Assembly: GCF_000092105.1 (NCBI RefSeq)
Contig: NC_014148.1
Coordinates: 4,800,001-4,832,000, forward strand
Source of the DNA: Planctopirus limnophila DSM 3776
GTDB lineage: Bacteria; Planctomycetota; Planctomycetia; Planctomycetales; Planctomycetaceae
Reading direction: 5' to 3'
Length of the DNA: 32,000 nt
Shown here: positions 16,423 through 25,111 of the stretch, piece after piece
Layout: each line of letters begins with the position of its first letter
Position numbering within the stretch: the stretch's first letter is position 1
Made by a program: the position numbers and the translations under genes
Notes under the pieces: model-generated
The model's input: only the letters and a program-made list of their open reading frames with translations
Databases searched by the model: none
What the model was told of the DNA's origin: nothing

Positions 16423-17232
16423 TCAACGGGGTGTTGACGCTGGTTTTTCATTCGAGATTCGAGCGGGAATCGACTCCCAATCGTCTCGTACGGCAGTTCG
16501 TGGTGCGGGGACAGTGATTGTTGGTAGTTCCGTGATCTGAGAATCAGCCTTCGACGGCTGAACTGTAATCGGGCCGGTTTTTTCAGGAAGGATGTTCATG
16601 ACCGGGAGATCGAGAACAGCCGACGAGCGAACAGGTGTAGTAGGAATGGGGCCCGACTTGGGATTGCGGACAATCCGTGGTTCGGGCGGCAGCACAGGCT
16701 GCCATGGGGGTGGTGGATCGAATGATGATGTCGATGGTACGGATGTGCCCACGGGCCGCGTCGTGATTTTCGCAGCCGGTGAGGGAGGAATCAGTGTGAG
16801 ATCAACAGGTAACGGAGCAATCGCAGCCGGATCAACAGGCTGTGCCTGAGGAAGTGGTGACTGAGGAATCAGATCGGTCGATTGCGAACGAACATCGGGC
16901 AGCCTCGACTGGTAGTACTCCGGGGGGAGAACTCCTGGCGAGGATTGATATTGAGGCGTGAATTGTTCCGCCGATGGCCACTCACCCACGGACTGGCAAT
17001 CGCAGCCGGGTGCTTGAGCCTCGGTTGTGGGAATCATGGAAGACGAATGAAAGTAGGCAGGAGTCTGTGAATGCTTATGAGATGAGGCGAGCGAACAGGA
17101 AGGGCAGGCCATTTGAGAACGTGTCCACCAGTTCCGCGTAAGCTGAGCCTGGGCCGACTCGGGCAGGCCACACACCACACTGCAAGCTGCAAGAGCCAGC
17201 AGGCTGAATGCGCGATAACCCGAGCGGGACAT
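16423..17232 (-). CDS. Secreted proline-rich hypothetical protein
   Basis: I prefer the start at the ATG at 17232, which gives MSRSGYRAFSLLALAACSVVCGLPESAQAQ, a signal-peptide-like N-terminus. The rest is Pro/Ser/Gln-rich and I recognise no family. The track ORF extends to 17625. Confidence 0.5.
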   Translation of the reverse strand: MSRSGYRAFSLLALAACSVVCGLPESAQAQLTRNWWTRSQMACPSCSLASSHKHSQTPAYFHSSSMIPTTEAQAPGCDCQSVGEWPSAEQFTPQYQSSPGVLPPEYYQSRLPDVRSQSTDLIPQSPLPQAQPVDPAAIAPLPVDLTLIPPSPAAKITTRPVGTSVPSTSSFDPPPPWQPVLPPEPRIVRNPKSGPIPTTPVRSSAVLDLPVMNILPEKTGPITVQPSKADSQITELPTITVPAPRTAVRDDWESIPARISNEKPASTPR

Positions 17233-17745
17233 GATCTGTTCCAAAATGGATTTTCTCAGGAAGACTTTCCCACCAACGCGAGCAATTCTTCCACTGCAAG
17301 ATGGAATCGACGGTTTTGGAACGAAACTTGAGAAAAACTTGAATATTTTTCTGAAGGGCCTCAAATCCGCCCAAATCACTACCAGTGCATGATTTACGCG
17401 TCGAGTTTCAGACAGTTCGAAAAGACGCGTGAGGGTGCCTGGGGTCAAACGTCCTCGTTTGCCCCCAGGTTGTTCGGCGCTGGTTGTTCTCTCGATTTTG
17501 ACGGGAAGGAACTTCACAGATGCATTGGTGCTGGTGAACTCGAATGGCCAGGGGGCGAATGAAGACATTCGACCCCTGCCACCCGGCCTGTTATCAAAGG
17601 TGGCGTCAAGACGCCAAGACCACACCCTTACGCACGGTTTTGATTTTTGGGCCTACAGGGTCGTGCCACCCAGGGCCGGGTGAAAAGATTATGTCGATTG
17701 CAGGGGTAATCCAGAGGGTTTTACTGTCGGAAAATTCTGTGCGAC

Positions 17746-17774
17746 TTGACCTTTCGCATGGTGACCCCCATAAT
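17746..17774 (+). promoter_or_regulatory. Candidate sigma70-type promoter upstream of speH
   Basis: TTGACC (17746-17751), a 17-nt spacer, then CATAAT (17769-17774). This would give a 5' leader of about 225 nt before the speH ATG at 18007. The promoter consensus for this lineage is assumed, not known. Confidence 0.3.
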
Positions 17775-18006
17775 TTTAACCCCCCGCACCTGGGCAGGGC
17801 TTTACGCCCCCCAATTCTCTGAGAATCTGCATGTTCCCGCGGAAGCCTCGCTCTGGCACTGGTCATCGAGATGGGAGCCATCATGACGGCTGGAGCCGCA
17901 AGTTTCTGACGGGTGGGTTGTCCGTGTCCGAGTCAGTTTGAGGTTTTATGTCCTAGCGACGCCACATGGTGGGCATCGGCCAACAGATGCCAAAAGGAGG
18001 GTTTTG

Positions 18007-18435
18007 ATGGAACACTTGGGTCAGCACGTGATTATCGAATTGTGGGGCTGCAACAGCGGGATCGACGACGCCGATCTGATGAAGCAAGCCATGTTGGACG
18101 CCGTCAAAGCTGCTCGAGCCACGATCTTGTATATTGACGTTCACAAGTTCGACCCCCAGGGAGTGACGGGAGTTGCTGTTCTGACGGAATCCCACCTTTC
18201 GGTTCATAGCTGGCCTGAGCATGGCTACCTGGCTGCCGACGTCTTTACCTGCGGCCAGACCACGCGGCCTGTCGCTGCCGCCGAAGTTCTCTGTGAGTAC
18301 TTCCAACCCAGCCAGGTCGATGTTCAGGAAGTCATCCGCGGAGTGCGTCCCGAAACCGGAGCCAAGCCATCGCTCCGACGTCGCAAACTCAACTATCAAC
18401 CCGAACACAATTCTCTGACAGCCACCATCAATTAA
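18007..18435 (+). CDS. speH: S-adenosylmethionine decarboxylase proenzyme (small bacterial class 1 type)
   Basis: 142 aa from the ATG at 18007, with AGGAGG 6 nt upstream. It contains the self-processing motif ESHLSVHSWPE (cleavage before Ser gives the pyruvoyl group) and DVFTCG. The track ORF starts at an upstream TTG at 17938. Confidence 0.88.
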   Translation: MEHLGQHVIIELWGCNSGIDDADLMKQAMLDAVKAARATILYIDVHKFDPQGVTGVAVLTESHLSVHSWPEHGYLAADVFTCGQTTRPVAAAEVLCEYFQPSQVDVQEVIRGVRPETGAKPSLRRRKLNYQPEHNSLTATIN

Positions 18436-18481
18436 TCCCTTTGACCTCTCGAAGATACCAGAAACTCGAATTTCCAATCGG

Positions 18482-18512
18482 CCCGGGACCATCAAGGTTC
18501 CGGGTCCTTTTA
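18482..18512 (+). terminator. Intrinsic terminator after speH
   Basis: CCCGGGACC (18482-18490) pairs with GGTTCCGGG (18496-18504). This is a 9-bp stem including one G-U wobble, with a 5-nt loop, followed by TCCTTTTAC. Confidence 0.55.
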
Positions 18513-18678
18513 CTGACGCGAACATGGTTTCTTGAGTGGCTGGTTTTCCTCGAAAGACGGGTTTCGCTACGGTATGAAGATGTTGCAGCCACTGTCCGCT
18601 GCTATTCATCGTCAGACCAGGTGCGTCTGCCGTCAGTCCAGTGATCGTGGCGATCACATTTCAGGGAGTTAGACCCAG

Positions 18679-19179
18679 ATGAAAAGTTCTCTGCTGAGAT
18701 TTGCCTTTCAGGAAATTGCCTTCCGGGCCATGGCTGTCGTTTTGACAATGAGCATTACAGGAGTCGCTATGAGTGCTGAAACCGAAGTTCCACTTCCCAA
18801 GCTGCCAGCCGGTGCCGGGGCCGTCGATGCCAATGCCCCCAAGACCTTTACCACCACCAAATCAGGTCTGAAGTACCGCGTTCTCCGCGAAGGCAAAGGG
18901 GCCAAGCCCAAAGCCACCAACGCCGTCGAAGTTCACTATCACGGCTGGCTCGATAATGGCAAAGTCTTCGACAGCAGCTACGACCGCAAGGAATCGATCT
19001 CCTTCGGACTCAACCAGGTCATCCCCGGCTGGACCGAAGGGATGCAACTCGTCGGCGAAGGTGGCATGATCGAACTCGAAATCCCCTCCGAACTCGGCTA
19101 CGGCGCTCGCGGTGCCGGTGGCGTCATCCCCCCCAACGCCAAACTCCACTTCCTCGTCGAAACTCTCAAAGTCAAGTAG
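18679..19179 (+). CDS. FKBP-type peptidyl-prolyl cis-trans isomerase, secreted
   Basis: 166 aa. Hydrophobic N-terminal signal. Canonical FKBP core GLKYRVLREGKG...VEVHYHGWLDNGKVFDSSY...FGLNQVIPGWTEGMQLVGEGG...IPSELGYGARGAGGVIPPNAKLHFLVE. Confidence 0.92.
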   Translation: MKSSLLRFAFQEIAFRAMAVVLTMSITGVAMSAETEVPLPKLPAGAGAVDANAPKTFTTTKSGLKYRVLREGKGAKPKATNAVEVHYHGWLDNGKVFDSSYDRKESISFGLNQVIPGWTEGMQLVGEGGMIELEIPSELGYGARGAGGVIPPNAKLHFLVETLKVK

Positions 19180-19189
19180 CCCCCCTGAC

Positions 19190-19553
19190 GGGGTTTGGGG
19201 CAGCGGATGTGGGCCCAGCGTTCATCGACGTTTGGGTCTTCCGCTGCCAGAGAGTCCACAAGATTTCGATGGGGATGATTCGCGGGGTTTGGGGCAGCGG
19301 ATGTGGGCCCAGCGTTCATCGACGTTTGGGTCTTCCGCCGCCAGTGAGCCGACAAGACTTTCGATGAGGATGATTCGCGGGGTTTGGGGCAGCGGATGAA
19401 GGCCCAACGTTCATTCACGTTTGGGTCTTCCGCTGCCAGTGAGCCGACAAGACATTCGATGGGGATGTGTTGCGGGGTTTGCGGCAGCGGATGTGGGCCC
19501 AACGTTTGTTCGCGATGGGGCTTTCCGCTGCCAGAGAGCCCATTAGACTTTCG
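19190..19553 (+). repeat. Four tandem copies of a 94-95 nt unit, each containing a long imperfect hairpin
   Basis: Units start with GGGGTTTG(G/C)GGCAGCGGA at 19190, 19284, 19379 and 19474. Each has GGCAGCGGA ... TCCGCTGCC (9-bp stem), an inner GGGCCCA/TGGGTCT helix with G-U pairs on the + strand, and CGT/ACG closing a 6-nt loop. Copy 4 is degenerate. The period is not a multiple of 3. Confidence 0.9.
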
Positions 19554-20162
19554 TTTGACCCCAACCACATCATCTCCAGCCACCCATTCTTCAGCAATGT
19601 GCCATGCTTGCAGCCCGTCTTGAACTAATACCGGGCAAGCCTGTCTTCCCAACCCACAGAGCGTTGTCCTATCCTGGGAACCGTACAATCTCTCGGCATT
19701 TTGACTCACAATTCAGCTTGTTCTGAACCCGAGGTGTCGTCATTCTGCCGCTCAACTCAGCAGGCACTCCTGCTGGAAAAGCTGTCATTACAGCTCATTC
19801 GATCGGCAAACACGACATTTTCTTAGGTCGTTGATCACGAACATCTGGCAAAACGACAAGCTTTTCCTGAAAGTTCTGTCAGGCTTCGTATCCGACAATC
19901 GCCCCCAGCCAAATGCATGTCAAACTCTTGGAAATCGTTTTCTGGCGAGCCGTCTCATTGGGAATGCCAACTCTTCTCCACGAATTCAGCGATCAAGCCG
20001 ACGGATTGGCGTGGCAGTTGCAATTGCAGAATTTTGGGGATAATCGAGACAGGAATGCGTCCGGTTGCGGGCTTTGCCAGTGGAAGGTGACCAGAACGAT
20101 GGGTTTGACCTTGAAAGTCATCAGAGAAATTGACCTGACAACCGCTTGAGTGTGTCGCGAAC

Positions 20163-21968
20163 ATGCAGATGGAAACGCCGAGTACTTTGGAAAATTCCCA
20201 GGTCTTGAATCCTTCAGGGCGAAAGTCGCCTCATTCCACGTCAATCATAGCGGGGATGACTGCTGATCTCGTCTCGGGATTTCTCGTCTTTCTCATTGCC
20301 TTGCCATTGTGTCTGGCCATCTCCAAGGCCAGCAATTTCCCGCCGATTGCCGGTATCTGGACAGCCGTTATTGGTGGAATTGTCTGTACCTTCATAAGCA
20401 ATTCTCAGTTGACTATCAAAGGGCCTGCTGCCGGTCTGATTGTGATTGTCGCTGGTGCTGTTATGGAACTGAGCGCTGCTTTTGGTGGAGACACAACGAC
20501 AGCCGAAGGGATGCTGCTGGGTTATCGCCTGACTTTGGGAATCGGATTCGCTGCCGGCCTCCTCCAGGTGCTGATTGGTCTCCTGAAACTCGGGAAAATC
20601 TCCGATTTATTCCCCTCCACCCCAGTGCATGGCATGCTGGTGTCAATTGGTTTGATTGTCATTGCCAAACAGGCTTATGGTCTCCTGGGAACTGATGCAC
20701 CCCTGGGCCATGGGCACGAGCCAGCTTCTCCCTTGGTATTGCTCGCCAGCCTCCCCGCAGCCATTCTGCAATCCAATCCGGAAATCTTTCTGATTGGCGC
20801 TGTCAGCCTGCTGATCATGTTCACCCTGCCCATCATCGGACATTATTGGAAGCTCTTCCGCCTGGTCCCTGCACAACTGGTTGTGATTGTGGTCTCAATT
20901 GGTATGGGTCTGTGGTTCGATCTCGAACACGAGCACAAATATCTGTTTCCCATTGGTGCCTTCTCCTCAGAAACAGCCATCGAGTACGTCGTCGGCCCCA
21001 AGTTTCTCGTAACGATTCCGGATGTGCTGAGCGATCCACTCGCAGCGATTACCTTCCCCGATTTTCGCAGTCTTTCAAGCTGGGTTGGTCTGAAGTATCT
21101 GTTGCTCTTCACGCTGATTGGCAGCCTTGAATCGATCCTGAGTGCCAAAGCCGTCGACCTGCTCGATCCCGAAAAACGCAAAACGAATTACGACCGCGAT
21201 CTGCTGGCCGTGGGAGTGGCGAACTCCATCGCTGCTGCGATCGGCGGACTCCCCATGATTTCCGAAATCGTGCGGTCATCGGCCAATATCGCGAGTGGTG
21301 CCAAAAGCCGGTTCGCAAATCTCTGGCACGGATTGTTCTTATTCGCATTCGTGCTCCTTTTTCCGGGTCTGATTCACAGTATTCCACTGGCAGCACTGGC
21401 AGCCATGCTGGTTTACACCGGTTTTCGCCTCGCTTCGCCAGCCACATTTGTGCGTACTTATCGCGTGGGGAGTGAGCAACTGGCCATCTTCATGGTCACG
21501 ATTGTCACGACGCTGGCCACTGACCTCTTGATTGGCATTGTGACCGGTGTGGGCTGCAAGCTGATGATCAATCTCTGGCACAGCCGGTCACCCCGCAGCA
21601 TGCTGACACCACAGCTTTCGATCGAAGCTGAGACGGAATCTGCGGTCACACTCGAAATGAGTGGGGCTGTCGTCTTCAGCAACTGGCCCCGGCTCCAGAA
21701 GACCATCGAAGAGCAGCTTACCCTGCGAGAGCGAGTCATCCTCGATCTCACAGAAACGACTTTTGTCGATCATACCGTCATGGAAAAACTCCACGAACTC
21801 GAAACCCACTGCCGGAGCAGCAATCGCACCTTCGAGGTGGTCGGCCTCGATGACCATACACCGTTTTCCCTGCATCCGCTGGCCGGCCGAAAAAAACCCG
21901 CTTCCACCTCCAAAGCATCCCTTCCGCAGGAAACCGCACCGTCAGTCGTTCCTTCCGACTCGGTTTAA
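20163..21968 (+). CDS. SulP-family anion transporter with a C-terminal STAS domain
   Basis: 601 aa. Typical N-terminal SulP region DLVSGFLVFLIALPLCLAISKASNFPPIAGIWTAVIGGIV. About 10-12 hydrophobic segments. C-terminal STAS-like segment VTLEMSGAVVFSNWPRL...VILDLTETTFVDHTVMEKLHEL...FEVVGL. The start codon is uncertain (20163 or 20256). Confidence 0.85.
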   Translation: MQMETPSTLENSQVLNPSGRKSPHSTSIIAGMTADLVSGFLVFLIALPLCLAISKASNFPPIAGIWTAVIGGIVCTFISNSQLTIKGPAAGLIVIVAGAVMELSAAFGGDTTTAEGMLLGYRLTLGIGFAAGLLQVLIGLLKLGKISDLFPSTPVHGMLVSIGLIVIAKQAYGLLGTDAPLGHGHEPASPLVLLASLPAAILQSNPEIFLIGAVSLLIMFTLPIIGHYWKLFRLVPAQLVVIVVSIGMGLWFDLEHEHKYLFPIGAFSSETAIEYVVGPKFLVTIPDVLSDPLAAITFPDFRSLSSWVGLKYLLLFTLIGSLESILSAKAVDLLDPEKRKTNYDRDLLAVGVANSIAAAIGGLPMISEIVRSSANIASGAKSRFANLWHGLFLFAFVLLFPGLIHSIPLAALAAMLVYTGFRLASPATFVRTYRVGSEQLAIFMVTIVTTLATDLLIGIVTGVGCKLMINLWHSRSPRSMLTPQLSIEAETESAVTLEMSGAVVFSNWPRLQKTIEEQLTLRERVILDLTETTFVDHTVMEKLHELETHCRSSNRTFEVVGLDDHTPFSLHPLAGRKKPASTSKASLPQETAPSVVPSDSV

Positions 21969-22145
21969 CCCGGAGTCGACCTGCTGAAAAATTCCCAAGG
22001 GCAAATCGCTGTTCTGCCTGTTTCTCCGGATCTCCAAGGCAGAAAATTGTGTACATAAAGCCACTTCTGATGTGCCTCCGCAATGGCTTCTGGTCAGCGA
22101 AAACTCCCATTTCATGAAGTTTCCACGAATCTTAAGCCTCCTCAA

Positions 22146-22185
22146 CCCGCGAAATCCCCCGCGAATTCGTATTCTCCCGCGAATT
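22146..22185. promoter_or_regulatory. Three direct repeats of CCCGCGAA(A/T)T upstream of the ABC operon (candidate operator)
   Basis: CCCGCGAAAT at 22146-22155, CCCGCGAATT at 22158-22167 and CCCGCGAATT at 22176-22185. A related CCACGAATC lies at 22123-22131. Copy 2 embeds the 8-bp palindrome CGAATTCG. The repeats lie about 215-250 bp upstream of the ATG at 22398. Confidence 0.3.
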
Positions 22186-22397
22186 CTCGATGAGCCTCGT
22201 ATATCCAGTGCCTCCACCGGTTGCGGAGAGTGGCTGGTGAAGACATGATCGATTGACACTTGCGAAATCTGGAATCAGCCCTTCAATATTAATTCCAGAG
22301 TTTGCCACCGATGATCGAGATTGATCCGTCTTTATACTGGTGATTTGTTCATTTTACCCGCTGGCCAAGCCAGCACATTCTGAGAGTTGAGTCACTG

Positions 22398-23330
<933 letters not shown>

Positions 23331-23467
23331 GCAACCCCGGCTACAAAGCCTGTGGCCACTGGCCTGTCTTCTTTGAAAATCATCGAGGGCAGGCATTCAG
23401 GGATGGCCCGTGAATGCGTTTGGGATTTTCTCTTTATCATCATCAGTTTTCTACGGCGTAATCGAAT

Positions 23468-25111
23468 ATGGACTTCCTTCCGGATCCCTTTCCGCTGCTC
23501 TCGGCCTTCTTGCAATGGCTGGCTGTGATCGCGGTCATTTTTTCGAGCGTCCTGCTCATCACCTTCACCTCGAATCTGGTTTCAAACGGTGCCGCAGGTG
23601 CTGCCCTGTATGGCCAATCGTTGGGCCAAAGCCTTGTCGAGATTTTTTCGACCTCTGTTTCTCGCTGCTACGCTCTGGCCAAACTGACATTTACCGAGGC
23701 CATTCGCCGCAAAGCACTCTTCGTTTTTGTGGTCTTTGCTGTCCTGTTCATGTTTGCCGGATGGTTCCTTTCGGATCCCGATCAATCCGCCAAATACGCC
23801 AAAGATGCAGTCAAAATCCACGTGACCTTTATTCTCAACGTCCTCACGTGGCTGACGATGATTGTCATGCTGCTGCTGGCCTGCATCGGCATTCCCGAAG
23901 ATATCCGGCTGCGATCCATTCACACCGTCGTGACCAAACCCGCCCGGCGATTCGAAATTGTTCTCTCGCGTATCCTGGGTTACGTCGGCGTCGGGACAGT
24001 GCTGCTGGGAATCATGTCCGCCACGTCACTGGTCTGGATTTATCGCCAGGTACCGGTATCGGCCCGTTCAGAACTCACTGCCAGACAGCCCATCTGGGGT
24101 CAGTTGAGTTTTCTTGATCGCATGGGTAACGAGACCACAGCTGGAATTAATGTGGGCGATATCTGGGACTACCGCAGCTATATCGAAGGGGCCACCAAAA
24201 GTCGGGCCATCTGGCGCTTCGAAAACGTCACTCCCGCCATGCTGACAACCATGACGGACGAAGATGGCAAAACCTACGAAGCTCTCCGGCTCGAATCCCG
24301 TATCGAAGCGTTCCGTTCTCATAAAGGGAATATGGATCGCACCACCCGCTTTCAGTACATCATCCTGAATCCCGAGCGAAATCTGGAGGTGACTGCCGCC
24401 ACTCTCGAAATTGGTGATGAATTCAGCGGCCGAACCGATGGCATTCGCCGCACGCTGATTGCCGAAACGAAAGACAATGAGTCCAAGACGGTCGACTTAA
24501 TCAACGATCTCGTCGCCAAAGATGGCAGCCTCACCATTGCCGTCGCCTGTACCGATCCCGGCCAATACCTGGGGATGGCCAGGTCAGATCTCTTCATTCG
24601 CCTTCCTGATGCACCCTTTGCAGTCACATTCTTCAAAGCCATTCTGGGGATCTGGTTATTCATGGTGCTGACTGTCACCTTAGGTGTCACAGCCAGTACG
24701 TTCGTGAAGGGCCCGTTTGCCATTATGACGATCTTCACGTTCCTGACGGTCAGCATCACTGGCCGTGAATTCATCAGGAAGCTGCTTTCTGACGAATGGA
24801 AAGGTGGTGGGGCCTTCGAATCGGCTTACCGCATCCCGACCTACATGAACGATACGACCGATCTGCCCAGCAATCCGGGCACTCAACTCATCAAGTGGGT
24901 CGACTGGATCATGAATGGGTTCTTATGGCTCATCCAGCAGATTCTCCCGAATGTCAGTTATTTCAATATGACTGGCTACGTTGCCAACGGTTTCGACGTA
25001 GATAACTGGAACACACTGCTTCCCGCAGTGCTGGTCACGATTGGCTACTTCATTCCCTGTGTACTTATCGGCTACTACTGTCTGCGTTCGCGTGAACTGG
25101 AGGCAAAATGA
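23468..25111 (+). CDS. ABC-2-type transporter permease with a large extracytoplasmic insert
   Basis: 547 aa. At least 7 hydrophobic segments. LTFTEAIRRKALF motif near the first helices, as in ABC-2/NosY/GldF-like permeases. A soluble loop of about 190 aa lies between the N- and C-terminal helix bundles. It sits directly downstream of the ATPase gene. Confidence 0.65.
   Translation: MDFLPDPFPLLSAFLQWLAVIAVIFSSVLLITFTSNLVSNGAAGAALYGQSLGQSLVEIFSTSVSRCYALAKLTFTEAIRRKALFVFVVFAVLFMFAGWFLSDPDQSAKYAKDAVKIHVTFILNVLTWLTMIVMLLLACIGIPEDIRLRSIHTVVTKPARRFEIVLSRILGYVGVGTVLLGIMSATSLVWIYRQVPVSARSELTARQPIWGQLSFLDRMGNETTAGINVGDIWDYRSYIEGATKSRAIWRFENVTPAMLTTMTDEDGKTYEALRLESRIEAFRSHKGNMDRTTRFQYIILNPERNLEVTAATLEIGDEFSGRTDGIRRTLIAETKDNESKTVDLINDLVAKDGSLTIAVACTDPGQYLGMARSDLFIRLPDAPFAVTFFKAILGIWLFMVLTVTLGVTASTFVKGPFAIMTIFTFLTVSITGREFIRKLLSDEWKGGGAFESAYRIPTYMNDTTDLPSNPGTQLIKWVDWIMNGFLWLIQQILPNVSYFNMTGYVANGFDVDNWNTLLPAVLVTIGYFIPCVLIGYYCLRSRELEAK

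Noticed and set aside
19190-19306. GGGGTTTGGGG telomere-like, G-quadruplex-forming runs at the start of each repeat unit.
   Set aside because: The G-runs are few and separated by 9-10 nt loops. The same bases are already explained as part of or adjacent to a strong hairpin. There is no independent support for G4 formation.
19190-19553. The possibility that the repeat array is a CRISPR array.
   Set aside because: The whole 94-95 nt unit is repeated at about 90 percent identity. There are no unique spacers between short conserved repeats, and no cas genes in the window.
19098-19709. Long ORFs on both strands across the tandem repeat (19098..19709 minus, 203 aa; 19112..19399 plus; 19384..19623 plus) with repeated peptide blocks such as LAAEDPNVDERWAHIRCPKPR.
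   Set aside because: The repeat period is 94/95 nt, which is not a multiple of 3, so successive units are read in different frames. ORFs are open on both strands simply because the unit lacks stops. No start context or known family supports them. I treat the region as non-coding.
21978-22050. A possible terminator hairpin after the SulP gene (CTGCCT ... AGGCAG near 22010-22045).
   Set aside because: It has only a 6-bp stem with a loop of about 17 nt and no downstream T tract on the relevant strand. That is too weak to call.
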